Counted from the stretch's first letter, positions 1 to 9,489 are shown. The stretch is 64,000 nucleotides of DNA from Patescibacteria group bacterium (GCA_041665145.1 JBAYJK010000002.1:168339-232338); one strand, 5' to 3'. Notes: generated by a model from the letters alone, not told the origin. Numbers and translations are program-made.

Positions 1-57
1 ACTTTTAATCCTCTCCGCCTTTGGCGCGAGGGAAGCTTTCTTCACAGAACAGATTAG

Positions 58-91
58 ATTATACCTTAGGAAAATGTATAGCGCAAGTCAA
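58..91 (-). promoter_or_regulatory. sigma70-like promoter reading leftward out of the window
   Basis: On the minus strand, TTGACT (86..91) is followed by a 17-nt spacer and TAAGGT (63..68). An overlapping TATAAT lies at 58..63. The promoter sits just downstream of the 97..4122 stop. Confidence 0.4.
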
Positions 92-96
92 CATTT

Positions 97-3000
97 TTAT
101 GCATCTATCCCACTACCTATTGTTTCCTTCAATGTTGGAACTCTGACCGGAGTTGCCTGATGTCTATTGGCCATAAGCTCAACATTCATTTGTGCAACAA
201 TAAGTCGAAGCACCGGAACTATTCTTGTATCCCAATCAACCTGGCCCTCTGCTTTTTCTGTTATCCGATCGACACGGACATTTCTCAAGGTCCGTGCTGT
301 TACGAGCAATCTTTCAACATTGCGTCTATATGCACTAATTTCCTCTTGACGGGCACTCTCATGAGCTTTTACAGCAACAGCGCGCTCTTCAATAATAGTA
401 CCCAACAGCTTCTCAGCTTCTTCAACTTGGCGATTATATACCGCTCCCTCTAGTTTTTTTGCTCGACTTGTTATCTCAAGTAACCTAAGCGCTTCGTCAA
501 TAAACACACCAATTTGTGCCGCTTCAAGATTACTCATACGAGTCCGTACCTCTCCTCGAACGTGGGCTACATCCGCAATGTCGTGAGCCAGACCTGCTCG
601 CAATTCTTCATTAGCACTCATTGACTCAGCAAGCCCCATTCTGTTAATCATGTCTGCGATAACCGTCTCGAGACGCGCGGCATGAGCCTGTATTGGTGCA
701 AGAGCAGCGCCATCAGCGGGCGGGGCTAGATTCAACAGACGCAAATTCAAGAAGTCTGGAAAATTGGCCGAACCGTCGGTATGTGGAGCCGCCTTCTTCA
801 AATCAATAAGCTGATCAACACCGGGAAGCATCTGACGAACTGCGTCGATGAGCTCCTTAAGCGTTTCTATGGAGCCTTTTGCTGCATTACCCTGAGCATT
901 CTCTTCAAGAGTTTTAATACGAGTAACAAGTCCTTCATAGTCATAAGCAGCGCCACGAGTTGTAACTTCACTTTGCGCTTGCGCAAGTAATTCAGATAGT
1001 TCGTTTTTTTGGACCGATTCACCAATTGCGTTATCAATTTGACGAACACCGGCCATAAACCTGGTTTCAAGAGAGCTGTCTCCCCTTCCCATTAATGCTG
1101 TTATGCTTTCTTGTAATTCAGTTATAGCTGCATCAACTGCCCGTTGTTCATCCCGAACGTCTACATTTTCAGTTATTTCAACACGCATCTCTGGAGGAAC
1201 CATTTGCCAGGCGATGAGACTTACATTTTCCTGAACCTCGGCAGAAACCTTCGATACAAAGTCTTTTCGAGTATCAGCCACTTTAGTTGCGTCAGCAGGC
1301 GAAGCTTTTGCAGCTATTAAATGTCCAATTGCAAGTAACCTGAATAATGAGGTGCTTTCACGTTTGGCTTGTGCTGTTTTAATGACTTTCTCCGCATAAG
1401 CAGCAGTGAGTTCTGTGACTGCAGCAGGACTTATATTTAGATAATCGGTAACAATCGTATTTAACGACTGTTGCCCTCCCACTTGCGCAGTGCGGAAACC
1501 TTGGATTAACCGCACAACAACAGGAAGCGTTACTTCACATAGGTCAGCACGAGCGTCAAACACACCATCAACACACGCAGTCTTTAAAACCTGAGGTGCA
1601 ATGTTTATGAGTTTTGGTTCGTAGCCTGCCCACTCAACATATTTATGGAAAAATTCCTGAACCTCCGGAATTTTCCAGAACGTATGAAAATGCATTTCTA
1701 AAATCGCTTTGACCACACTGCGCATTTCGGGTGAGAATTTTCCTCGCGGACTATCCCAACCCGTTTCAGCAAGGTCGACGAACACCTCCAGTATTGCCTT
1801 AATAAATTCTCCACGCCAATGCTTCAAGTTCCCTTTTCTATATCCGTCTTTTTGCGTCAGCATAAATGCTGCAAAGTATAAAGATCCTGCAGAATCTGGA
1901 GTATTAAGAGATGCCAATTGATCCGGTCCGACCATCGTGTTAAACACCAGATCGCCTGTAGCATCACCCATAGCTTCCATAGTTGCCCTGGCCATTTGGT
2001 CTGCAAGTTCCACTTTTTCTCCTACCTTATCAAGGATATTATAATCAAGTGCTAACGGCACCAAACCTCCGGAAAACATCAGAACTTTCGGCATAATTTT
2101 GAGCGTAGCGGGAGCCGTAATAGGTCGCCCGTCAGGTAGTTCTTGAGCGTCTCCTCCAGCATGGCAGATTGAAGCCCACTTTACTACTTCACTTGCCGCT
2201 TCACTAAGATTTTTTAGGCGAGATAGGAATTGTGCTGAATTGGGAGTTCTCTTGTCGAGTTCTAGCATATCCGAGATTACTCCTCCGAACAATACACCGG
2301 CAACACCGGCATGCAGTTTGCCTCGAAGATTTTTCTGAGCGTATTTAATTGCTTCGCGTGCGGCATAAATTCTATTCCCACCTTTTTTTTCTCTGCGAAG
2401 AAGGGCTTTTTGAATATCGCCCTGAATTTTATTAATGGAAACCGCAAGTCTGATGACGCTTTCATAATCATATTTTGCAGCACTGAACAGCAATGAAATC
2501 CATGCGTACACACTCATTTCTCCGCTTCGTGCATCCCGCAAAACCCAGTCAAGATTAAACGCAGTCGCACGGTCAACATCACCTATTTTTTCTGCCATTT
2601 CTGTCGCAGTATACATTGGGGATACAGAAAACAAGGCTGTAACACCGACCAATTTTTGCATGACAGCCAATGCTCCTTCAGATCGGCGATCCCTGTTTGC
2701 CGTAGCAAGATACGTTCCTGCCCATACAAACAGTTTAGAATTTCTTGACAGTCGTTCCGCCGCGTACTTCCACATTTCATCTTCTTCAATTGCTGATTCT
2801 TTCGTATCTCCTGCTGGCGCAGAACGTTCGTTTTCACGAAGTGCCATGACAACCGGTTTGTCCGTGGCTAATAAATCTGCGAGCATGAAAATTGCCTGTG
2901 CCTGTTGTGTTTTTTTGGAGTCATCATCGGCAATAGCCGCTAATGTGTTAAGCACGACATCGATAGCCGGTTTCGCATATTCCCTTATTCTGACGTTACT

Positions 3001-4122
3001 TTTCCCATTGGCACCCATTGCTGCCTCAAGTTCAAGCTCATGTAACTTCGTCAGTCTCTCTGCCCTGTTACCAAAGCTTGCCCCAAGACTATTCTCTTCG
3101 ACAAATGCAAGTCGGGCAACGTACGTTTCAAAATGCTGTTTCCCAGAAACATATCGCCCATTATGGATTAATGCATTCTCTTGTACGCCGTTTGTACGAT
3201 TCGCCTGATCCATACGCGCATACCAATCCTCAAATCCTTTCGTTTTCAGCAAAATGGCAAACTGAGCAGGAATTTCCCTCCTGCCTTTTTGCCATACCAT
3301 ATTCCTGGCAATACGATCAGCTGTTCCGGCTGTCAGAATATTCTGAAATGAGTTGAAATAATTAGCATTTCTTTGCCAGTCTTCCTGTGCAAAACGCGCA
3401 GCACTTTGCATAAGCAAATTTTGTTCTGTTTCCAAAAATTGAACCAGTGATAATTCACGGGATGCCTGATAACCAAATCTGTCGTCGGCCATAACCGCTA
3501 AACGTGAAGCCAAAAAACTGTCAGATGCCTCTGGAGTATCCATTTCAGGCCAATACATCTGATCAACTACCGATTGCAAATACCGAGTTGCTTCAGGTTG
3601 AATATTGTGAACTGTACGAGGATCTGCACAAAACCCAAGAACCTTCCTGATATACGGCATGGCGTTATGCAGCACAACCGGGCTTCTATTCCTATGTTCA
3701 TTCAATCTTTGCAGAAACGTATCTTTACCCGAGCGGAGATATAATGCAGCGATTCCCGTATGCCCTTTGTCAAGCATAAAAAGAAAACCCTGTTCGAGAT
3801 TGCTTACTGCTTTTAAGCAATTATCTCCCTTAACAATTGATGTTGTGCTACTACTGATAATGAAATTAAACTGATTTGAAAACAAAAGCTGGAATATCCG
3901 TCGATTATAGGCCTCATCTTGAGTAACCAATACTTCAATATACTTACCGAGTATACCCGCAATACTTCCAACCTGTTGTGTTCGATCAATTGCCTGTAAA
4001 AAGCGTTCTAACTCAATTGCGCGGGTTAAATGATTTGGTTCGTTTCCTACGGTGGACGGAACCCCTTGGCGAGCTTCTACTACTTTTTTTGCTTGATTCC
4101 ATTTATCTTGTAATCCTGACAT
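97..4122 (-). CDS. large orphan protein (1341 aa); no family recognised
   Basis: Uninterrupted 4-kb ORF with its own promoter at 4149..4177. The C-terminal third is rich in E/A/R/L heptad-like sequence and looks like coiled coil. I could assign no catalytic motif. Confidence 0.7.
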   Translation of the reverse strand: MSGLQDKWNQAKKVVEARQGVPSTVGNEPNHLTRAIELERFLQAIDRTQQVGSIAGILGKYIEVLVTQDEAYNRRIFQLLFSNQFNFIISSSTTSIVKGDNCLKAVSNLEQGFLFMLDKGHTGIAALYLRSGKDTFLQRLNEHRNRSPVVLHNAMPYIRKVLGFCADPRTVHNIQPEATRYLQSVVDQMYWPEMDTPEASDSFLASRLAVMADDRFGYQASRELSLVQFLETEQNLLMQSAARFAQEDWQRNANYFNSFQNILTAGTADRIARNMVWQKGRREIPAQFAILLKTKGFEDWYARMDQANRTNGVQENALIHNGRYVSGKQHFETYVARLAFVEENSLGASFGNRAERLTKLHELELEAAMGANGKSNVRIREYAKPAIDVVLNTLAAIADDDSKKTQQAQAIFMLADLLATDKPVVMALRENERSAPAGDTKESAIEEDEMWKYAAERLSRNSKLFVWAGTYLATANRDRRSEGALAVMQKLVGVTALFSVSPMYTATEMAEKIGDVDRATAFNLDWVLRDARSGEMSVYAWISLLFSAAKYDYESVIRLAVSINKIQGDIQKALLRREKKGGNRIYAAREAIKYAQKNLRGKLHAGVAGVLFGGVISDMLELDKRTPNSAQFLSRLKNLSEAASEVVKWASICHAGGDAQELPDGRPITAPATLKIMPKVLMFSGGLVPLALDYNILDKVGEKVELADQMARATMEAMGDATGDLVFNTMVGPDQLASLNTPDSAGSLYFAAFMLTQKDGYRKGNLKHWRGEFIKAILEVFVDLAETGWDSPRGKFSPEMRSVVKAILEMHFHTFWKIPEVQEFFHKYVEWAGYEPKLINIAPQVLKTACVDGVFDARADLCEVTLPVVVRLIQGFRTAQVGGQQSLNTIVTDYLNISPAAVTELTAAYAEKVIKTAQAKRESTSLFRLLAIGHLIAAKASPADATKVADTRKDFVSKVSAEVQENVSLIAWQMVPPEMRVEITENVDVRDEQRAVDAAITELQESITALMGRGDSSLETRFMAGVRQIDNAIGESVQKNELSELLAQAQSEVTTRGAAYDYEGLVTRIKTLEENAQGNAAKGSIETLKELIDAVRQMLPGVDQLIDLKKAAPHTDGSANFPDFLNLRLLNLAPPADGAALAPIQAHAARLETVIADMINRMGLAESMSANEELRAGLAHDIADVAHVRGEVRTRMSNLEAAQIGVFIDEALRLLEITSRAKKLEGAVYNRQVEEAEKLLGTIIEERAVAVKAHESARQEEISAYRRNVERLLVTARTLRNVRVDRITEKAEGQVDWDTRIVPVLRLIVAQMNVELMANRHQATPVRVPTLKETIGSGIDA

Positions 4123-4148
4123 TTGTTTTGGTTACTAGTAATCCTTGT

Positions 4149-4177
4149 ATTATACTATACAAAATGCTATAAGTCAA
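4149..4177 (-). promoter_or_regulatory. sigma70-like promoter of 97..4122
   Basis: Minus strand: TTGACT (4172..4177), 17-nt spacer, TATAAT (4149..4154). Confidence 0.6.
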
Positions 4178-4186
4178 AATAATTAT

Positions 4187-6001
4187 TTATTTTCTCAGTT
4201 GATCAACTATAGAACTTTTTCCGCATGCATGTAATATAGTGCACACCCTATTGGCAACTTCATCAGGAACAGACATAAATCGTACTTTTGTCACGCCTCT
4301 ACCACTAGAATTATAGGCTTCCGTAACCAGATTCAGTATTTTCTTGTACGCATCTACTTGCTCCCACATACCCTCTCCTGTTTTGTACCTGTCAAACGCG
4401 CTTTGACTTCCGATAGTATTCACCAGCATAATCCATGACGAGAGTTCGGCCCAAACATCCTGTGAAATCTCTCTTTGACCATGTCCCGAGATTTCGTTCT
4501 CGTACTCTCGGAAGATACTGAGTATACCTGAAAGATATCCATTGAATATTTTGCCGAACATTGTTTTCCCATAAACGGATTTTTCGACCAATCCGCACAA
4601 AAGATTCAGGTTATTACGGTAGCCCTCTATATCCAAACCTCGGGGATTACCTTCAAGTTTTGCAATAATATCTTTGTGCGCATGATATTTTTCGGCAAAT
4701 TGCTGCTCGGCTTTAACAAGCGGTTTGTCAGCAAAATACAGAGCGGAAATATAGGGTCCGACTGCAGCTGGATCACTATACAATACGTTTAATGCCTGTT
4801 GAAGGTTTGCGTGTCGTCTTTTCTGCCCTTCTACTTTATTGTTTCCAAGATACTTTCCCAGCGCATTTGCCGCTTTGGTTAAACTTAAAGTAGCCAGTGT
4901 CGTTGCGAGTGCCAACACTGCCAGTTTAACTGGCGTCGGAATATCAGGGCTGTCTCCCTTAAAATCGACCTCGAAATAGTTGTTATTATAATCGTGAAAG
5001 GCCATTTTGCCCCCTGCATTGTAGATGTCACCACCAAGCCCGATAGGACCGGTGCATACAGCTTCAAATTCACCGTCTGAAAATTTAGTTACTTTTCCGC
5101 CTACTCCCACCCGTACACCCGGAATCACATCCCCATTGCAAGTTATATCTGTGAAACCCGGAATCAAATTTTTCTGAGGATCGGTCCACACACCCTTTAT
5201 AACCAACTTCTTTGCACTCACATCATACCGTGCCGAAAGTATCTGCACTCCCTTTTGTGGCTCATATTTATACTCAACTCCACCTCCGGTAACATTACCA
5301 GCAGCATCTGTTGAATTAAATGCTGCACTCTGTTGACCGACACCTTGCGGACGCACACATACTTCCGCAGTACCATCGGGACGAGTAACACCAAAGTATA
5401 TCTGTGACGAATCACGCACTTGTGAAATCCGCGCTCCCGGCTCACTTTTTATAACAAAACACGCCTTACCGTCACGTATTTCCACAGTACCAACAAGACT
5501 TAGGTCTGGTCTCGTCGTGTCCAACACAATATGTACAGGAATGCCTGTTAGAGGACAACTGCTTTCTTGGCAGAGTTTCGCAAGAATATCTACATCATGC
5601 ACTCCCTCATTTGGATTCAAACTGAGTCGTAATACATAGGTGTGTGTCCGTGTTTCTTTATCAACACTCACTTGCATAATATCTGCACGATCACTCGGAC
5701 TTTTGGGCTTCGCTACAAGCGATGGCATCATACCATCGGGTACGGCAAGAGAAAACTGAGCATTTCCCTGCGGTGTGTTATATGCTAACTGCCATTGGCC
5801 ACTGCTATTCATTGATCCCTGCTGAGGCAATAGATTAGGTAACAAGGTTTGAGTGGAATTCCCCCCGCACGCACTGAGCATAAGTGTCAAAATAACCACG
5901 GTTAATGCGGGGTTTTTTCGCAGAATAGCTAAAAGTATTGCGTCAGAGTTTATCCCTCTATCGGGCAATGTGCGTGGCGCACGGTCATGTATTCCTGGCA
6001 T
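4187..6001 (-). CDS. putative lipoprotein with Ig-like ectodomain, one internal TM helix and a roughly 220-aa cytoplasmic tail
   Basis: The N-terminus ...VVILTLMLSACGG contains a lipobox-like LSAC. A bacterial Ig-like segment carries TDAAGNVTGG. A hydrophobic helix VKLAVLALATTLATLSL is followed by a soluble C-terminal domain of unknown family. Confidence 0.65.
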   Translation of the reverse strand: MPGIHDRAPRTLPDRGINSDAILLAILRKNPALTVVILTLMLSACGGNSTQTLLPNLLPQQGSMNSSGQWQLAYNTPQGNAQFSLAVPDGMMPSLVAKPKSPSDRADIMQVSVDKETRTHTYVLRLSLNPNEGVHDVDILAKLCQESSCPLTGIPVHIVLDTTRPDLSLVGTVEIRDGKACFVIKSEPGARISQVRDSSQIYFGVTRPDGTAEVCVRPQGVGQQSAAFNSTDAAGNVTGGGVEYKYEPQKGVQILSARYDVSAKKLVIKGVWTDPQKNLIPGFTDITCNGDVIPGVRVGVGGKVTKFSDGEFEAVCTGPIGLGGDIYNAGGKMAFHDYNNNYFEVDFKGDSPDIPTPVKLAVLALATTLATLSLTKAANALGKYLGNNKVEGQKRRHANLQQALNVLYSDPAAVGPYISALYFADKPLVKAEQQFAEKYHAHKDIIAKLEGNPRGLDIEGYRNNLNLLCGLVEKSVYGKTMFGKIFNGYLSGILSIFREYENEISGHGQREISQDVWAELSSWIMLVNTIGSQSAFDRYKTGEGMWEQVDAYKKILNLVTEAYNSSGRGVTKVRFMSVPDEVANRVCTILHACGKSSIVDQLRK

Positions 6002-6009
6002 AATCCCGT

Positions 6010-6038
6010 ATTATATAATAAACTATAGGCAGTTTCAA
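6010..6038 (-). promoter_or_regulatory. sigma70-like promoter of 4187..6001
   Basis: Minus strand: TTGAAA (6033..6038), 17-nt spacer, TATAAT (6010..6015). Only 8 nt separate the -10 from the ATG at 6001. Confidence 0.6.
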
Positions 6039-6082
6039 GTACGAAGTGTTATTGTGAACTTAATCTTGCGAAATCTATATTA

Positions 6083-7210
6083 CTAAACTATGTCGTACAC
6101 CCCAGGACCACGATACAATTTAAATCCATCTAAAAATCTGTGCATCGGGTCGGGTCGAAAGTGCGGATGGTCTGTAGCGACAGCCTGCCTATCAGCATAA
6201 TACGCATAAAATTGTGCTGGTGTTGCAGGTTGTCCACCAATATCATGTAAAATTCCCGGGTTTGTTATATGAAATATTCTCTTTGTACCAAAATCAAAAA
6301 TATACTGGAGTGCTTGTAACGCGCATTCAAGATTCTGCTGAGTAATCATTTGTAATGGTATGGCCAAAAAATTCTTTAGCTTTGTAAGCTGTGTACGTTC
6401 TTCATCTGTCAGTCCTTCAACCAACCTATTACAGAGCGCTCCATAAGCTCTCACTAAGTGTTCTGCAGCTGCGCGAACGAATTGTTTTTCTTGAGATCCT
6501 TGAGTAAGTCTTTCGACCAAAGGCCCTACACCATCAATATAAGTAATATTAGCTGCCACTCTCGAGTCCTCGGGTAGCGTGCTTATCAGACTTCTATTCA
6601 TCATAGTACCAATTCGTCCCCAAAAAGTTCTTATTGAGTCTTGATCGCTAAATATTTGAGCAATGGAATTTTTATCTTCACCGTAGCCTTGAGTCTCAGT
6701 TAGCTGTGCTAAGATATCTAACCATGAGGCTACATCGATCCGTTTGTTTCTTTCACGAGTCTTCATACGAGTCAGTTCGTCTATAGCGTCTTGCACTTTT
6801 AAATGTATAGGAGTAAAGTGAATCGAACGAGTTTTTTCCGCAAACAAATGCGGTGATTGCGCTTTAAAAACAACCAACGCAGCTTGAAGATGTTTTAATG
6901 CTTCTTCGGTATTTGCTCTATTTATCTCGCCTCTAAGAATACAGACTATGGCCTGTCTTGCTCCCTCTCGTAATGGTAATTCTGCCTGGAGCCTTCTTTC
7001 AATTCTTTGCTTGGATACCAATTCTTCAGCTCTAAATTGACGATCTCGTTGCTTGAATGCTAGATCATCTGTTATGTGATTGTGCCCGACAAATTTTTGA
7101 AGTGCCGAAAGAGCAAACGCCGTGAGACCATACTCTCTGAAAAGTGCTGCCAATGGTTTTTCTCCAGGGGCTATCACTCCCCGTGCCTCTCTCATTAATG
7201 GTCCTAACAT
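6083..7210 (-). CDS. orphan protein (375 aa)
   Basis: Long ORF with its own promoter at 7250..7278. No signal peptide and no recognisable motif. Confidence 0.65.
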   Translation of the reverse strand: MLGPLMREARGVIAPGEKPLAALFREYGLTAFALSALQKFVGHNHITDDLAFKQRDRQFRAEELVSKQRIERRLQAELPLREGARQAIVCILRGEINRANTEEALKHLQAALVVFKAQSPHLFAEKTRSIHFTPIHLKVQDAIDELTRMKTRERNKRIDVASWLDILAQLTETQGYGEDKNSIAQIFSDQDSIRTFWGRIGTMMNRSLISTLPEDSRVAANITYIDGVGPLVERLTQGSQEKQFVRAAAEHLVRAYGALCNRLVEGLTDEERTQLTKLKNFLAIPLQMITQQNLECALQALQYIFDFGTKRIFHITNPGILHDIGGQPATPAQFYAYYADRQAVATDHPHFRPDPMHRFLDGFKLYRGPGVYDIV

Positions 7211-7249
7211 AAATGTTTCATTATTAAAGACTTATAATTTGGTGTAGTG

Positions 7250-7278
7250 ATTATATAATAATAGATACTATAAGTCAA
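7250..7278 (-). promoter_or_regulatory. sigma70-like promoter of 6083..7210
   Basis: Minus strand: TTGACT (7273..7278), 17-nt spacer, TATAAT (7250..7255). It contains the 14-mer ATACTATAAGTCAA (plus strand, 7265..7278). Confidence 0.6.
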
Positions 7279-7291
7279 ATAAAACTGGATA

Positions 7292-8269
7292 CTATTTAAA
7301 TATCATTTTAATACAACTGAGCAAATCAGAACCCGAACGCAGCTCACTTTCATCCGGTAAAGTAAAGCAACAACCAGGAACCCTTACTGGCGCATTGAGT
7401 TGCATATCCCGAAGCAATCTCCAGCCTGCTGATGAGGCAAGCTTTTCTTCCTGACTGATAACTACAGGAGCACCGTTATCGATTATTCCTCGAGCAGCCG
7501 ATGCTTCGGCCAGTTGAGCATCCTCAATGGCAAACTTCCCATCAAATAGTGCAGCATCTAAAGCACTTCTTCGTTTTCTACTATAGCATGGGGTCTGATG
7601 GTAGTGTATTTTAAAAACCCTTGGCTGTGCAGACTCGTTGTACGTAACGGATATTGGCAAATAGTCACATGCGTGGAGTATCATTTTATGGAAAAGTGTT
7701 TGAACCACGTGACAATAATAATCAACCTGGGTTTGCTGAATTGTTCCGCGTGTTCGTTCATACATTGCTGACACTAACTTATTTGAAACCGCAATAATCT
7801 CATTTATGATACGCATTAATAGTGGGTTTCCTGCATCAAAATCATCACGGAGATCACATCCGTCGCGCTTGGTAAAAACAGCATCATATTGCCGCCATAG
7901 CATTCCGTTAAAGGCTGCCAGAACTGTATCAGACAAAGCCTCTGTTATACTCATGCCGACACCCTGAATGTTAGCAAATGTGGTGTACGCGTCTCGTACG
8001 AAAAACACTAAGTCCCGCTGCATGTTTCCCAAAAGTTGCCTTAAAGTGGCTTCGGAAAACAGCGATCTGCCCTGTTCTTGCTGGGTTGCAATAGCAAAGT
8101 AATCAAGAAACTGCGCAACAGAATCAATCCTCCAAATCGCCTCAATTAATTTGCGGTATAACAATGCATCACGTTGTGGCAATGTCTCAGAAGGTGATCT
8201 TATCTCGCGGTATGGAACCAAAAAAGAACCCCTTGATTGAGATAGTGCGGTAGATTCAGTTTTTGCCAT
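7292..8269 (-). CDS. orphan protein (325 aa)
   Basis: Long ORF with its own promoter at 8286..8314. No recognisable motif. Confidence 0.65.
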   Translation of the reverse strand: MAKTESTALSQSRGSFLVPYREIRSPSETLPQRDALLYRKLIEAIWRIDSVAQFLDYFAIATQQEQGRSLFSEATLRQLLGNMQRDLVFFVRDAYTTFANIQGVGMSITEALSDTVLAAFNGMLWRQYDAVFTKRDGCDLRDDFDAGNPLLMRIINEIIAVSNKLVSAMYERTRGTIQQTQVDYYCHVVQTLFHKMILHACDYLPISVTYNESAQPRVFKIHYHQTPCYSRKRRSALDAALFDGKFAIEDAQLAEASAARGIIDNGAPVVISQEEKLASSAGWRLLRDMQLNAPVRVPGCCFTLPDESELRSGSDLLSCIKMIFK

Positions 8270-8285
8270 AATAATTTAGTCAGAA

Positions 8286-8314
8286 ATTGTACCATTAAAT
8301 ATACTATAAGTCAA
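8286..8314 (-). promoter_or_regulatory. sigma70-like promoter of 7292..8269
   Basis: Minus strand: TTGACT (8309..8314), 17-nt spacer, TACAAT (8286..8291). It contains the same 14-mer ATACTATAAGTCAA (8301..8314). Confidence 0.6.
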
Positions 8315-8324
8315 TTACTACTTA

Positions 8325-9323
8325 TTAATCAACCAGCATGTACCCGCTTTTTTTTACCGTTTGAATAATTTGAGGAAATACACCCATTGCTTCTACTTTT
8401 TCGCGAACGCGCTGCATAAGTTTTGCCATAGATTGCAAAGAAAATTTGTCATACGATTCTTCACCCCACAAAACATCAGCAAGTTCGTCGTAGGACACAA
8501 GTTTGTTTTTATTTCCGATAAAGTATTTCAAGGCTTTCAATTCTTCATTACGAAGAGCAACATCCGTTTCTTTTTGATGGACCAAAACACGGTCACCGAC
8601 AGTGCTGAACACTTCACCGGTAGCAATGCCGAGCTTCTCATAATATTGTCGTGAAGCCTCAGCAAGGTTACCTTGCTGTTTTTGCCGGATAGAGGCAAGC
8701 ATCGGCACTCTGTGTGGCACCAATGTGTGCAACCCGGACTCCGTGAGCATAAAGTCTTTGATTGCCATAAGTTCTTCCCAGGTATACTCCACCCCATGAT
8801 CGAGAATAAGGAGCCGCTCAAGGATAAGTGCGCCGATTAAATTTGACTCAAAATTATCATTCCGTACATATATAGTGATCTTACCCAGGTTGTCTTGTGC
8901 CCACGAACTGTATGATGTTCCCGTTGAACCGAAGTTGGTTACCCGGACTTCTATTTCTGTGATACCGATAAACCATTTCGGCGCCAAAACGTCCATAATT
9001 TTCCAAAACTTCTTTTCGTTTTTCTTCCAGGCAGCAAGCGTTTTACTCATATCAATTTCTTTTTCGGGAAGTAGGTCTGTAACGGCTTTCATAAACTGCT
9101 CGTCATGAATTACCTCTTTTCCCTCTTTTCGAACCCTGTCCCAAAAATGCGGTACCTTTGCATATTCAAAGGCGGGAAAGTAAATTACTTTACTATTATT
9201 CTCATTATTATAGGGCAGAACATAGAAGCCACGTTTTTCATAGAAACTTGAAACGATCATTGAGGCAATATGAATAATACGCTCGGCTTCAGTTCGCTTT
9301 GAACTCACCCATGTCATTTTCAT
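8325..9323 (-). CDS. DNA-binding protein with a C-terminal OmpR/PhoB-type winged helix and an unknown roughly 230-aa N-terminal domain; no receiver domain
   Basis: The C-terminus LKALKYFIGNKNKLVSYDELADVLWGEESYDKFSLQSMAKLMQRVREKVEAMG...IQTVKKSGYMLVD matches the Trans_reg_C pattern. The N-terminal domain is not a response-regulator receiver. Confidence 0.7.
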   Translation of the reverse strand: MKMTWVSSKRTEAERIIHIASMIVSSFYEKRGFYVLPYNNENNSKVIYFPAFEYAKVPHFWDRVRKEGKEVIHDEQFMKAVTDLLPEKEIDMSKTLAAWKKNEKKFWKIMDVLAPKWFIGITEIEVRVTNFGSTGTSYSSWAQDNLGKITIYVRNDNFESNLIGALILERLLILDHGVEYTWEELMAIKDFMLTESGLHTLVPHRVPMLASIRQKQQGNLAEASRQYYEKLGIATGEVFSTVGDRVLVHQKETDVALRNEELKALKYFIGNKNKLVSYDELADVLWGEESYDKFSLQSMAKLMQRVREKVEAMGVFPQIIQTVKKSGYMLVD

Positions 9324-9329
9324 GTCAAG

Positions 9330-9359
9330 ATTATATCATACTATGGGATAAAATGTCAA
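9330..9359 (-). promoter_or_regulatory. sigma70-like promoter of 8325..9323; leaderless geometry
   Basis: Minus strand: TTGACA (9354..9359), 18-nt spacer, TATAAT (9330..9335), then 6 nt (CTTGAC) and the ATG at 9323. Confidence 0.6.
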
Positions 9360-9425
9360 GTATACGCACAGGATATGTAAACTGAGAATTAACGAAGTCC
9401 TGAGCGTAGCCGAAGGATCTTTAAC

Positions 9426-9454
9426 AGGTTGGTGAATGTCTCAACACAGTGGGT
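9426..9454. repeat. left inverted repeat of the GC-rich cassette
   Basis: The reverse complement of 9426..9454 is ACCCACTGTGTTGAGACATTCACCAACCT. The right copy is ACCCACTGTGTCGAGACAGTTTCACTAACCT. That is 27 of 29 aligned positions plus a 2-nt indel. Confidence 0.7.
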
Positions 9455-9463
9455 TGGTTACCC

Positions 9464-9489
9464 GCTGTAAACAACAGCTGTAAACAACA
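9464..9489 (+). repeat. perfect tandem duplication of a 13-mer
   Basis: GCTGTAAACAACA occurs at 9464..9476 and again at 9477..9489. Confidence 0.9.

Noticed and set aside
2998-3021. A P-loop-like string A-MGAN-GKS in the 1341-aa protein.
   Set aside because: It matches only the loose [AG]x4GK[ST] pattern. It has no preceding beta-strand hydrophobics and I could not find a Walker B, so it is too weak to call an NTPase.
160-4172. Numerous plus-strand ORFs of 60-180 aa inside 97..4122, for example 2660..3208 and 3018..3356.
   Set aside because: They are antisense shadows of a 4-kb uninterrupted ORF and have no independent start signals.
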